IMG/VR virus record: IMGVR_UViG_3300047560_001719 | Location: 1-57,799 of that record | Reading direction: 5' to 3' (one strand) | DNA from: a virus | Lineage: Duplodnaviria; Caudoviricetes | Length of the DNA stretch: 57,799 nucleotides | In this document: one piece after another, positions 46,235-55,845 of the stretch | Numbering within the stretch: the stretch's first letter is position 1 | Layout: every line of letters begins with the position of its first letter | The notes under the pieces: model-generated | What the model was told of the DNA's origin: nothing | Database searches by the model: none | Seen by the model: the letters and a program-made list of their open reading frames with translations, nothing else | Program-made: the position numbers and the translations under genes

Positions 46235-46945
46235 ATGAAAGACGAATATAGATTAGATCTTAAGAGACTATTCAAAGCTCTGAAACATACGCTGTATCAC
46301 CCTACTAACGCTTTGATATTTCTTTCTCAGATCGTTAGACATGGCAGTGGACCTTCTCTTAAGTATACTTACAAGAAGATGCTTGAGACTCGTATTGGTG
46401 GTCAAATGGCGTTCAAGAGCGAGGAGATTTTACACTATATTCCCACACTCAAAGATCGACCTGTTGGTTCGGTCGGTCATATTTCATACGAAAAGTTTAA
46501 ACAAGCACAGTTGAAAGTAGTAAAGATTAGTCGAAGACAAGCTAATGATAAATGGATAGATGCTGAGCATCCATATAGTTGGATGGCTCGAAGATATCGT
46601 GATACTCATGATTTTTGGCACGTATTAACTGGTTACCCTACGACTATCGATGGAGAGATGTGCCTTGCTATGTTCTCGTTCGCACAAACGAGATCGCTGA
46701 GTTGGCTAATTATAGCTCTTACTATTTTGTTCGACCTCGGCCGACCATTTCGAGAAAGGGACTTCACTCTTACAAGATTAAGAATGGCATACGAAGCCTA
46801 CAAGAATGGTAAGAAGGCAAAGTTTCTACTCGCCGAGGACTATGATAAATTATTATCAGAGAACTTACAAGATGCTAGGGAACGATTGGGCGTAAGAAGG
46901 CCGAGCTTCTTCGTCGATAGATCTCCCGAATTGCTGAAGTTATAA
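46235..46945 (+). CDS. Coq4-like protein (ubiquinone biosynthesis COQ4 family)
   Basis: L...P.GS.G..Y, RRYRDTHDFWHVLTGY.T...GE..L..F..AQ (HDxxH...E motif), G..A..LL...Y...L...L..AR..LG. ATG 46235 directly after the gp17 stop, with AAGGA upstream, is preferred over 46133. Confidence 0.82.
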   Translation: MKDEYRLDLKRLFKALKHTLYHPTNALIFLSQIVRHGSGPSLKYTYKKMLETRIGGQMAFKSEEILHYIPTLKDRPVGSVGHISYEKFKQAQLKVVKISRRQANDKWIDAEHPYSWMARRYRDTHDFWHVLTGYPTTIDGEMCLAMFSFAQTRSLSWLIIALTILFDLGRPFRERDFTLTRLRMAYEAYKNGKKAKFLLAEDYDKLLSENLQDARERLGVRRPSFFVDRSPELLKL

Positions 46946-46948
46946 ATA
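46941..46948 (+). promoter_or_regulatory. T4-type late promoter TATAAATA
   Basis: Exact consensus upstream of the gp18 SD (GGGAG). Confidence 0.85.
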
Positions 46949-46995
46949 AAGAAAAACATAACTTATATGACTAAACCTTCAAAAGGGAGATAACA

Positions 46996-49635
46996 ATGGC
47001 GTTTCAAGTCAGCCCGGGAATCAACGTTTCCGAAATTGATCTTACAACTTCCGTACCAGCACTAGCGACTACTGTCGGTGGTATTGGTGGCGTGTTTCGT
47101 TGGGGTCCGATCGGAAAGTTTGTCCTCGTAGATTCAGAAAATACACTCGTAAATCGCTTCGGTAAGCCGACTGCCGACAACTACGAAACCTTCTTCACAG
47201 CAGCTAACTTCCTTTCGTATGGAAACGCCCTGTATGTTTCGCGTGCTGGTACCACGACAGCGTCTTTTGCTAATACGGTTGCATCTTCGAACGTTAACCT
47301 ACAGAGCAATACTACTGTCGTTCTTTCAGACAATACAAACCCATACGGTGTTACTGCTGGTCAAAGAGTAATCGGTGACGGTATCGCAGAAGGAACATAT
47401 GTTACTTCGGTTACAGCAAACTCTTCTGCTCTTGCAGTCGTTCTTAATCGCGCTGCAACTTCAAGCACAGACGCTGCGCTTACGTTCCTTTCGAACAACG
47501 TAGCTCTTTCTGCTTATGCGGGCGACACATCAGTTGCAAACAGTCTTGCGACAATCGTCAAGAACACTGAGCAGTTCGAAAACATGGGTGCAACTAACAC
47601 TGCCTTCACTGGTACAGAGTTTATTGCTCGTTATCCTGGTGAACTTGGTAACTCTCTCAAGGTTTCGATGTGCTCTACTGCGCAGCAATACAGCGAGACT
47701 GTTACATTCGAAACTAATACCTCATGGGGTTACACCGCTGCAAACACATACGCTCTTGCAGATCTTACATCTGCAACGATGTCGATCAACGTTGCTAGCA
47801 ACACTGCTAACGTCGTGTTCGTATGGTCGGGAGACGACTTTGCGGATCGTGTAGCTGCTTCTGCAACCGCTCGTACACTCGGATCGAACAACGTTTCAGC
47901 CAACTTCATCACTCTATCGACAGCTAACACTCTGTTCACTAACGGTGATACAGTATGGTTTGCAAAGGGTGCAGCTTCTTCAGCGAACAGTATTCAAGGC
48001 CTTTCAGAAGGTACAACTTACTACGTTATCGGAGCGAATACAACAGGTCTATCTCTGTCGCTGACACTTAACGGTGCAGCCGTTTCGATCTCGAACGGTG
48101 CTGCTAACTCGGTTAACTACATCGTCAAGCAATCGGCTACTGACCTTGGTCTTACTCTTGCTCAGGCTCGTCTGGCTGTTACAGCCCTTCGCGATAAGAT
48201 CACTGTCGGTGACTACGTTGAAGTTGGTAACACAACTGTCGGCAAGCAGAACCTGAAGGTAACTTCGAAGGGTTCACAGCTCGACGACGGTACAAACATC
48301 TACTTCAACATCGGCTTCGATACAACTTGGAACAAGTCAACTAACTACAGCGCTTCGGCACTGACTCGTAAGTGGGAATACTTCAACGTTGTCGAGTCTG
48401 CTCCAGGTACATCTTCGGCGATGGCTGCAGCAGGTCGTGCTATCACTGACGAAGTATCGGTTGTAGTTGTCGACGAAGACGGTCTGATCTCGGGTACACC
48501 CGGTCAAGTTCTTGAAATCTACCAGAACCTTTCGCGCGCGACAAACGCCAAGAAGGACGACGGTACAACGAACTACTACAAGACTATCATCAACGACTTC
48601 TCACGTTACGTATGGGCAACCAACGATCGTTCAGCAGCCGCATCGGATACTCTTGGAGACCTTTCTGATTCGACCAATACTGTTCCTTACACCAAGTCGT
48701 TCGTACGCGGTGCAGATGGTGCTACAGAGAATACGATCTCGATGGCTGCTCTCGGCGCTGCTTACGATCTGTTCGCAGATGCAAGCACTGTTGATCTTTC
48801 GCTGCTTCTACAGGGTAAGGCAACAGGAACAAACGACGTTCAGCTAGCCAACTATCTGATCGACAACGTCGCTGAAGTTCGCAAGGATTGCGTAGTGTTC
48901 ATCTCTCCTGCTAAGTCAGACGTCGTAGGTGTTGGTCTTGAAAATCTTCAAGCACAAAACATCGTCGACTTCAGAAACGCACTGCATAACACATCTTATG
49001 CATTCCTCGATTCTGGTTACAAGTATCAGTACGACAAGTACGCTGACGTTTACCGCTATATTCCACTGAACGGTGACATCGCCGGTATCACTGCTCGCAG
49101 CGATAGCGTAAGAGATCCTTGGTTCTCACCAGCTGGCTTCACACGCGGTCAAGTCAAGAACCTTGTAAAGCTTGCCTTCAGCCCGAACAAGACTGAAAGA
49201 GATCTTCTGTACAAGAACGATGTCAACCCAGTCGTTACGTTCCCAGGTCAAGGTACAGTACTTTACGGAGACAAGACACTTCTTGGACGTTCAAGCGCAT
49301 TCGATCGTATCAACGTTCGTCGCCTGTTCATCGTTCTTGAAAAGGCGATCGCCACTGCTTCTAACTCGGCACTGTTTGAGTTCAACGATGAGTTCACAAG
49401 AGCTCAGTTCAGAAACCTCGTAGAACCTTACCTACGTGACGTACAAGGTCGCCGCGGTATCTACGACTTCCGTGTGGTTTGCGATGAAACGAACAACACT
49501 GCTGAAGTAATCGACAGCAACCGCTTTGTTGGAGATATCTACATCAAGCCTGCTAAGTCGATCAACTTCATTCAGCTGAACTTCGTTGCCGTAAGATCTG
49601 GTGTCGAATTCAACGAAATCGCTGGCCAGTTCTAA
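46996..49635 (+). CDS. gp18: Tail sheath protein gp18 with inserted domains (879 aa)
   Basis: FQVSPG..V.EIDLT; F.WGP; ARYPG.LGN.L.V; PWFSPAG..RG; FDRINVRRLF; FEFND.FTR..F; IKPA.SINFI.LNFVA. Confidence 0.98.
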   Translation: MAFQVSPGINVSEIDLTTSVPALATTVGGIGGVFRWGPIGKFVLVDSENTLVNRFGKPTADNYETFFTAANFLSYGNALYVSRAGTTTASFANTVASSNVNLQSNTTVVLSDNTNPYGVTAGQRVIGDGIAEGTYVTSVTANSSALAVVLNRAATSSTDAALTFLSNNVALSAYAGDTSVANSLATIVKNTEQFENMGATNTAFTGTEFIARYPGELGNSLKVSMCSTAQQYSETVTFETNTSWGYTAANTYALADLTSATMSINVASNTANVVFVWSGDDFADRVAASATARTLGSNNVSANFITLSTANTLFTNGDTVWFAKGAASSANSIQGLSEGTTYYVIGANTTGLSLSLTLNGAAVSISNGAANSVNYIVKQSATDLGLTLAQARLAVTALRDKITVGDYVEVGNTTVGKQNLKVTSKGSQLDDGTNIYFNIGFDTTWNKSTNYSASALTRKWEYFNVVESAPGTSSAMAAAGRAITDEVSVVVVDEDGLISGTPGQVLEIYQNLSRATNAKKDDGTTNYYKTIINDFSRYVWATNDRSAAASDTLGDLSDSTNTVPYTKSFVRGADGATENTISMAALGAAYDLFADASTVDLSLLLQGKATGTNDVQLANYLIDNVAEVRKDCVVFISPAKSDVVGVGLENLQAQNIVDFRNALHNTSYAFLDSGYKYQYDKYADVYRYIPLNGDIAGITARSDSVRDPWFSPAGFTRGQVKNLVKLAFSPNKTERDLLYKNDVNPVVTFPGQGTVLYGDKTLLGRSSAFDRINVRRLFIVLEKAIATASNSALFEFNDEFTRAQFRNLVEPYLRDVQGRRGIYDFRVVCDETNNTAEVIDSNRFVGDIYIKPAKSINFIQLNFVAVRSGVEFNEIAGQF

Positions 49636-49641
49636 TAAATA
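49634..49641 (+). promoter_or_regulatory. Late promoter variant AATAAATA
   Basis: Between gp18 and the gp19 SD (AGGAGG). Confidence 0.7.
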
Positions 49642-49664
49642 AGACAAACCTAGGAGGAAAGTAA

Positions 49665-50201
49665 ATGGCTTTTAATATCAATGAAATGAGAAGCCAACTA
49701 ACTTACGGCGGTGCAAGACAAAACCTGTTCCAAGTGCAGATCAATAACCCTGCAAACGGAGCTGGCGACGCGAAAACCCGATTCATGTGTCAGGCAGCTC
49801 AGCTGCCTGGCTCTGACCTCGGAGTCATTCCAGTCTATTACTTTGGCCGTCAGATGAAGTTAGCTGGTGACAGAACGTTCGCAGAATGGACAGTCACGAT
49901 CATCAACGACGAAGACTTCCTAATCCGTAACGCCATGGAAGAATGGTCGAACGCGATCAATCGTCTACAGCGTAACGTCAGAGAAATCAACCGTTACAAG
50001 TCACAAGCTCAGGTAACTCAGTTTGGTAAAGACGGTTCGAAGCTGCGTACGTATGAATTCAACGGGATCTTCCCGAGCAATATCAGCCCAATCGAGCTGG
50101 ATTGGTCCACGACCGACCAGATCGAACTGTTCCAGGTTACCTTCCAGTATGACTACTGGACAATCGGTAACAGTGTAACAGGCGACGCCGGCGGTGATTA
50201 A
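49665..50201 (+). CDS. gp19: Tail tube protein gp19
   Basis: GGAR.NLF.V; AQLPGS..G.I.V...GR..KLAGDRTF.EWT.TI.NDEDF.IR.A.E.W; FP..IS.IELDW; F.VTF.YDYW. Confidence 0.97.
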   Translation: MAFNINEMRSQLTYGGARQNLFQVQINNPANGAGDAKTRFMCQAAQLPGSDLGVIPVYYFGRQMKLAGDRTFAEWTVTIINDEDFLIRNAMEEWSNAINRLQRNVREINRYKSQAQVTQFGKDGSKLRTYEFNGIFPSNISPIELDWSTTDQIELFQVTFQYDYWTIGNSVTGDAGGD

Positions 50202-50202
50202 T

Positions 50203-50235
50203 AAGTAAGGGGTAGCCATTCCCCTTACTTTTTTT
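50203..50235 (+). terminator. Rho-independent terminator after gp19
   Basis: Perfect 10-bp stem AAGTAAGGGG / CCCCTTACTT, 8-nt loop, then a T run. Confidence 0.85.
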
Positions 50236-50256
50236 GTTAGTTAAATTGGAGATCAC

Positions 50257-51888
50257 ATGGCCGAGTTATTTGGTTTTGAAATCAAGAGAAAGCAAGAGGA
50301 AAAAGAGCTCCCTTCGTTTGTCCCTAAACCGGACGATGAGGGATCTCTTGTTCTTGCCGAAGGTGGAGCGTACGGCCAATACGTTGATATGGAAGGTGCT
50401 ATTCGCACCGAATCAGAGCTCGTCAGCAAGTATCGCGAGATGGCTCAACACCCAGATATCGAGCTTGCACTCGACGATATCCTCAACGAAGCTGTAGTCC
50501 TGGATCCGAAGAAAGAGGTCGTCTCTCTTAATCTCGACGACCTCGAACAGCCAGACAAGATTAAGAAGTTGATTCTTGCAGAGTTCGACAACGTAGTCGA
50601 GCTACTCGAGTTCAATCAACATGCATACGAAATCTTTAAGAAGTGGTACGTAGACGGTCGCTTGTTCTATCACGTCATGATCGACGAGAAAAAGCCACAA
50701 GAAGGTATCAAAGAACTTCGTTACATCGATCCTCGTAAGATTCGCAAGATCAAGACTCAGAAGAAGAGAAAAGCCTCGAAGGACTCGAACGTTATCATTC
50801 CTACCAAGGGTGAAGAGTTCTACATCTACAACGAGAATGGCTTCGGTAAAGTACCGACTCAGCCGAACTATCAAGATCCTACAACACAAGGTATCAAGAT
50901 CGCTGTCGACTCGATCGTCAACGTTGCTTCAGGCATCGTCAACGTCAAGGGTGACATGGTTCTCGGTTACCTTCAGAAGGCTATTAAGCCTCTCAACCAG
51001 TTAAAGGCGATGGAAGACTCGCTGGTCATCTATCGTATCTCTCGTGCACCTGAACGTCGTATCTTCTACATCGACGTTGGTAACCTACCGAAGATGAAAG
51101 CTGAGCAGTATCTCCGTGATATCATGACTCGCTTCAAGAACAAGGTAGTCTACGATGCCGGAACAGGCGAGATCAGAGACGATCGCAAGCACATGACGAT
51201 GCTCGAAGATTTCTGGCTACCACGTCGTGAAGGCGGTAAGGGTACGGAAATCACCACTCTGCCAGGTGGACAGAACCTCGGTCAGATGGACGACGTCGTG
51301 TACTTCCAACGTAAGCTGTACAAAGCGCTCAACGTTCCTATCTCACGTCTCGATCCTGAAGTTGCGTTCAACTTTGGTCGTGCTACCGAGATCACTCGCG
51401 ACGAAGTCAAGTTCGCGAAGTTCATCACTCGCCTTCGTGCAAAGTTCTCTGAACTCTTCAGCAAGATCCTTGAAAAGCAACTGATCCTCAAGGGTATCAT
51501 TACCTCTGATGATTGGGCCGAGTTCAAGTCAAACTTCAAGTACGAGTACTCCGAAGATAATCACTTCGCTGAGCTGAAGAACACTGAGATTCTTCGTGAT
51601 CGCATCTCGATGCTTCGTGATATCGACGACTATGCAGGCAAATACTACTCGCATGAATGGATTCGTCGTAACGTTCTGTATCAGACAGAAGAAGACATGA
51701 AGGAAATCGACGAGCAGATTGTCGAAGAACAAGACAATCCTCAATATGCCGAACCGGTAGTTGGTCCAGACGGACAACCGATTCCTGGTGGTGACGCTGC
51801 TCCAGTAGCAGACGCTACTCCACCTTCACCACCAGCTAAACCTAAATCCACTTCTCTACCAAATGTGCCCGATTTGGTAGGAAAGTAA
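50257..51888 (+). CDS. gp20: Portal protein gp20
   Basis: LFGF.I; WYVDGR..YH; ELRYIDPRKI; EDSLVIYRISRAPERRIFYIDVGNLPK.KAEQYL; EDFWLPRREGGKGTEITTLPGGQNLG. Confidence 0.98.
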   Translation: MAELFGFEIKRKQEEKELPSFVPKPDDEGSLVLAEGGAYGQYVDMEGAIRTESELVSKYREMAQHPDIELALDDILNEAVVLDPKKEVVSLNLDDLEQPDKIKKLILAEFDNVVELLEFNQHAYEIFKKWYVDGRLFYHVMIDEKKPQEGIKELRYIDPRKIRKIKTQKKRKASKDSNVIIPTKGEEFYIYNENGFGKVPTQPNYQDPTTQGIKIAVDSIVNVASGIVNVKGDMVLGYLQKAIKPLNQLKAMEDSLVIYRISRAPERRIFYIDVGNLPKMKAEQYLRDIMTRFKNKVVYDAGTGEIRDDRKHMTMLEDFWLPRREGGKGTEITTLPGGQNLGQMDDVVYFQRKLYKALNVPISRLDPEVAFNFGRATEITRDEVKFAKFITRLRAKFSELFSKILEKQLILKGIITSDDWAEFKSNFKYEYSEDNHFAELKNTEILRDRISMLRDIDDYAGKYYSHEWIRRNVLYQTEEDMKEIDEQIVEEQDNPQYAEPVVGPDGQPIPGGDAAPVADATPPSPPAKPKSTSLPNVPDLVGK

Positions 51889-51895
51889 GACACAT

Positions 51896-51903
51896 TATAA
51901 ATA
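51896..51903 (+). promoter_or_regulatory. T4-type late promoter TATAAATA
   Basis: Exact consensus, intergenic, before a GGAG SD. Confidence 0.85.
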
Positions 51904-51928
51904 ATAAAAAGACTTTTGGAGAATCTAT

Positions 51929-52234
51929 ATGGATATTGACGAACTGATCGGCGCAGCTGTAGATCAACAACCAACGCGGTTCGCTTCGGTTTTCGACGAA
52001 CTGATGGGTCAGAAGATCGCTGCACGTCTTGAAGACGAGAGAATCTCGTATGCACAGCAGATGTTCGCAGAGCCAGCTGAAGACGATGAAAACGAAGACG
52101 AAGACTACGACGACTATGAAGATAACGTAGACTTTGATATCGATGACGACGAGTTCGAAGATATTGATCTAGATGATCTGGATCTAGAAGACATCAACAC
52201 AGAGGAAGAAGACGACGATGGCGAAGACGCTTAA
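51929..52234 (+). CDS. Prohead core protein, gp67-like
   Basis: Directly after gp20; helical N-half (F...M..KI...LE......A..MF) and an extremely acidic tail, as in T4 gp67. Confidence 0.7.
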   Translation: MDIDELIGAAVDQQPTRFASVFDELMGQKIAARLEDERISYAQQMFAEPAEDDENEDEDYDDYEDNVDFDIDDDEFEDIDLDDLDLEDINTEEEDDDGEDA

Positions 52235-53687
52235 AGATTTCTTAAACGAAAGACAGCTTGGGCCGATGGTCGTCAAGAACCCTGACGAGCAGAAGTTCAT
52301 TGACAAGCATGTCGTTGCAAAGGTTGCTGACCGCAACGGTAACGACGACGAGCTTTTCAAAGGCTCGAAGGTCAAGATGGCTGATCGTAAGAAAGAAGGC
52401 CATGGATATAATCCTGGCGAAGACGAAGAAGTATACGAAGAGCTGAAGGGCAATCAGCACAAGATCGATGCCAACAAGAATGGCAAGGTCGACGCTCAAG
52501 ACTTTAAGCTTCTGCGCAAGAAGAAGAAAGTTGCTGAAGAAGCAGAGCAGATCGACGAGCTTTCAACTGCAACACTTCAGAGTTATCGTAAGAAGGCTCG
52601 TGCACAGGGCAATGACATCGTCGATAAGATGAAAGTGGGCGGCGGTGACTGGTCAAAGGATCAGAAGGACACCAAGACTCTTCGTAAGAGATCAGCTGGC
52701 GCACAGATGTCAGGTAAGACTCTTCGTAAGCGTGGTGAAAGCCTAAAGACTGAAGAAGCAGAACAGATCGATGAGATTTCAAAGAAGACTCTTGGTTCAT
52801 ACCTTAAGAAAGCAACTGCGGACGGCGCAGGTCGACCCGGCATGCCATTCCATGATCGTGCAAAGGGCAGAGGATTAGCCGCACGGAAACTTCATGGTGG
52901 TAAGGGTATGGTAGCTCCCGCCCGTGTACCTGCTAATGAAGAAGCCGAACAGATCGACGAGCTATCACATGATACGCTTCGTAGCTACAGAATGAAGGCA
53001 AAGTCTATTGCTGATCATGGTGATGATCCATTTTATCGCGAAAAAGGTCGGGCTCTAGCCGGACGTAAGTCATACGGTGGCAGAATGGCTGGTATTGAAA
53101 AAGCCAAGGTCATGGCCAAAGAAGAAGCTGAACAGATCGACGAACTGTCAAAGGCAACTCTAAGATCATATGCACAGAATGCTAAGGATCAGATGAGTCG
53201 CTCAGATACCGTGGCTGGTAGAGAAATGGGTGCTCGCGCTGCAGGAGCTAAGCCATCTGCAAGAGAACGTATGCACAACCGCAGAGCTGATAAGCGTCAT
53301 GCCGGTCTTGGTCTAGCCATCGATAAGTTGGCTCGCGAGGAAGTCGAGATCGAAGAAAAGCTGGATATGAAGAAAGCTTCGATGGGAACCGTAGTCAAGG
53401 ATTTCCAAAAGTCAGACGCTCCTCAGTTCAAAGGTAAGTCGCAGAAGAAGCGTCAGGTAATGGCGATCGCTGCTAAGCTTTCTGCAGAACGCGGTGGTAA
53501 GCCACTCAACAAAGAAGAAAGACTGCTTGCAAACCTTGGCGATCTCGCTGAGTCGCACAAGCGTACACTTCTCAACGTGTTCTCAAAGCTAAACGAAGAC
53601 AATCAAAGAAAGTTCATGGCAACTTGCGAGACACCTGAAGGTATCGAGCAGATGCTAAACTTCGCTATTCAAAACAGAGGTGAATAA
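52218..53687 (+). CDS. Head-internal/prohead core-like protein with EEAEQIDE(L/I)S repeats (489 aa)
   Basis: Lies between the gp67-like gene and gp21; four EEAEQIDE(L/I)S..TL.SY repeats separating basic segments; DANKNGKVDAQD EF-hand-like loop. Confidence 0.7.
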   Translation: MAKTLKDFLNERQLGPMVVKNPDEQKFIDKHVVAKVADRNGNDDELFKGSKVKMADRKKEGHGYNPGEDEEVYEELKGNQHKIDANKNGKVDAQDFKLLRKKKKVAEEAEQIDELSTATLQSYRKKARAQGNDIVDKMKVGGGDWSKDQKDTKTLRKRSAGAQMSGKTLRKRGESLKTEEAEQIDEISKKTLGSYLKKATADGAGRPGMPFHDRAKGRGLAARKLHGGKGMVAPARVPANEEAEQIDELSHDTLRSYRMKAKSIADHGDDPFYREKGRALAGRKSYGGRMAGIEKAKVMAKEEAEQIDELSKATLRSYAQNAKDQMSRSDTVAGREMGARAAGAKPSARERMHNRRADKRHAGLGLAIDKLAREEVEIEEKLDMKKASMGTVVKDFQKSDAPQFKGKSQKKRQVMAIAAKLSAERGGKPLNKEERLLANLGDLAESHKRTLLNVFSKLNEDNQRKFMATCETPEGIEQMLNFAIQNRGE

Positions 53688-54079
53688 TGGCTGTAACTAT
53701 TTCTAACAGAAAGAACACATCGTTCGTTATTCATGTCTCGGCTGCTAACACAGGTAACGTCGTCGTTTCTGGTAACAGCACGACGACCAACGTCAATGGA
53801 ACTACTACGTGTATCGCAGTAGGCAACGAAGTCATGACGGGTGCTTACATCACACAAGCAGTGTGGGGAACAGACGGTGTCGGTTCGATTCAGGTTCTCA
53901 GAGGTGGTACACTCGTAGCAGTATACGACTCGACTGGCCAGAAGGATTATGCTGGTTGTGGTATCCCTCTGAACGTCAACCCTTCTGCTAACCTCGTCGT
54001 TAACTTCGTAGGTTCGGCAAACGGTTATTGCCTACTCGAACTACAGAAGCTCGGCACAACTTCAGAATACTACTCGTAA
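53687..54079 (+). CDS. Hypothetical beta-rich protein in the head module
   Basis: TAATG coupling, GAGG SD, host-gene-like codon use matching neighbours. Confidence 0.7.
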   Translation: MAVTISNRKNTSFVIHVSAANTGNVVVSGNSTTTNVNGTTTCIAVGNEVMTGAYITQAVWGTDGVGSIQVLRGGTLVAVYDSTGQKDYAGCGIPLNVNPSANLVVNFVGSANGYCLLELQKLGTTSEYYS

Positions 54080-54088
54080 GGTAAAGAC

Positions 54089-54760
54089 ATGAAGCTAATC
54101 ACAGAAGTCATCGAAGATCTCAGATGTATCACTGAAGCCCGTGAAGACGGGAAGAAGAACGTGTTCATCGAAGGCATCTTCCTACAAGGTGGTATCAAGA
54201 ACCGTAACGGTCGTATGTATCCGGTAGAGACACTCGAGAAAGAAGTCAAGCGCTACGACGAGACTTACATTCAGAAGGGTAGAGCTCTCGGAGAACTCGG
54301 CCATCCAGAAGGTCCTTCGATTAACCTTGACCGTGTTTCACACATGATCACCTCGCTGAGAAAAGAAGGCAACAACTTCATCGGTAAAGCAAAGCTGATG
54401 GACACTCCTTTCGGTAACATCGCAAAGGGTCTGATCGGCGAAGGCGTAAAGCTCGGTGTGTCTTCAAGAGGTATGGGTTCGCTGAAGCTAAATAGAGAAG
54501 GCATCAACGAAGTACAAGACGATTTCTACCTCGCTACAGCGGCAGACATCGTTGCGGATCCGTCTGCTCCGGATGCGTTCGTAAACGGTATCATGGAAGG
54601 TGTAGAGTGGGTATGGCAAGACGATCTACTCGTCGCAAAGAAAGCACGTGTTGTCGAAGAGACAGTACAGACCATCGAAAAGGCGGTTTCATCAAGAGAA
54701 CTTGAAGCAAAGAAGTTTCAGATTTTCGAGAACTTCCTGAACAAAATTTCTAAAATCTAA
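54089..54760 (+). CDS. gp21: Prohead protease gp21
   Basis: IEGIFLQ...KNRNGR.YP; ALGELGHP; INLDRVSH; LGVSSRGMGSL; DIVADPSAPDAFV. Confidence 0.98.
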   Translation: MKLITEVIEDLRCITEAREDGKKNVFIEGIFLQGGIKNRNGRMYPVETLEKEVKRYDETYIQKGRALGELGHPEGPSINLDRVSHMITSLRKEGNNFIGKAKLMDTPFGNIAKGLIGEGVKLGVSSRGMGSLKLNREGINEVQDDFYLATAADIVADPSAPDAFVNGIMEGVEWVWQDDLLVAKKARVVEETVQTIEKAVSSRELEAKKFQIFENFLNKISKI

Positions 54761-54765
54761 CTTAG

Positions 54766-54777
54766 AATAAATAAATA
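54766..54777 (+). promoter_or_regulatory. Overlapping late promoter variants AATAAATA(AATA)
   Basis: Intergenic between gp21 and the gp22 SD (AAGGAG). Confidence 0.7.
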
Positions 54778-54797
54778 AAATTCACAAGGAGCCAAAA

Positions 54798-55796
54798 ATG
54801 TCAGATAAAGAAACCAATGAAATCGTCCAGGACGAAATCCTTGACGAAGGTCTCGATGAGTCTGCTGGATCGGAAACACTGAAGCCGAACCCGACTCGTG
54901 CGGAAATGCTTGCAACCTTTAGCTCGCTGCTTTCGCAACTTAAGGGCGAGGACCTTTCACACTTCTTCAACGATTCGATTAAGAAGTATAGCCCAGATGC
55001 AGTTCCATCTTCTCCGGTTCCTGGTGGTGCACCTGGTATCGGTAAGATGCCTATGCCAACTCTTAACGCTGTCAAGGAAGACATCAACGAAGTGTTCGCT
55101 GGTGAGGACCTTACAGAAGAAGCAAAAGACAAGTTTGCAACTATCTTCGAAGCTGCAGTATCAGCTCGCGTTTCTCTCGAAGAAGCTCGCCTAGCGGAAG
55201 AGTTTGAAACACAACTCGCTGAAGCAGTAGAAGAAGTCAAAGAAGAAATGACGACTAAGATCGATCAGTATCTTGACTACGTCGTTGAATCGTGGATGGA
55301 AGACAACAAGCTTGCTATCGAGTCTACACTCCGCGCAGATATTGCTGAGAACTTCATGGAAGGTCTCTACAATCTGTTCGCCGAATCGTACATCACGGTT
55401 CCAGAAGAAAAGCTAGATGTTATCGGCGAAATGAAGGCACAGATCGAAGAGCTTGAATCAAAGCTTGACGAATCTGTCAATAAGCAACTTGAACTTCAGA
55501 ACACTATCGACGAAGCTACAATGGAAGCTACGTTCGATGAAGTTTCAGAAGGTCTTGCTGCTACTCAAGTAGAGAAGCTTCGTACACTTGCAGAAGGTAT
55601 CGAGTTCACTGACGTTGAGACTTACACAAAGAAGCTCAACATCATCAAGGACAAGTACTTCTCTGAAAAGAAGGAAGTCAACACAGGTGTTATCACTGAA
55701 GAAGCGACCGAAGGTCTTGCTGAAGCAGATAAGCCTGTAGCAGTCGGTGACATGGCAAACTATGTTAGCGCCATTTCAAGAACTCAAAAGTTTTAA
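54798..55796 (+). CDS. gp22: Prohead scaffolding (core) protein gp22
   Basis: L.EE.K.K..TIFEAAV; D.YLDYVVE.WM..N.LA.E..LR..IAE.FM.GL..LF.E.YI.VPEEK; EKL..LAEG.EF. Confidence 0.95.
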   Translation: MSDKETNEIVQDEILDEGLDESAGSETLKPNPTRAEMLATFSSLLSQLKGEDLSHFFNDSIKKYSPDAVPSSPVPGGAPGIGKMPMPTLNAVKEDINEVFAGEDLTEEAKDKFATIFEAAVSARVSLEEARLAEEFETQLAEAVEEVKEEMTTKIDQYLDYVVESWMEDNKLAIESTLRADIAENFMEGLYNLFAESYITVPEEKLDVIGEMKAQIEELESKLDESVNKQLELQNTIDEATMEATFDEVSEGLAATQVEKLRTLAEGIEFTDVETYTKKLNIIKDKYFSEKKEVNTGVITEEATEGLAEADKPVAVGDMANYVSAISRTQKF

Positions 55797-55799
55797 TTT

Positions 55800-55807
55800 G
55801 ATAAATA
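55800..55807 (+). promoter_or_regulatory. Late promoter variant GATAAATA
   Basis: Intergenic upstream of the gp23 SD (GGGAG). Confidence 0.7.
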
Positions 55808-55845
55808 GATTATAACAAAAAATCCTTAGGTAAAGGGAGAATAAA

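Noticed and set aside
54782-55240. 152-aa minus-strand ORF and the many other short antisense or out-of-frame ORFs inside structural genes
   Set aside because: They lie opposite or within well-supported conserved genes and lack recognisable motifs.
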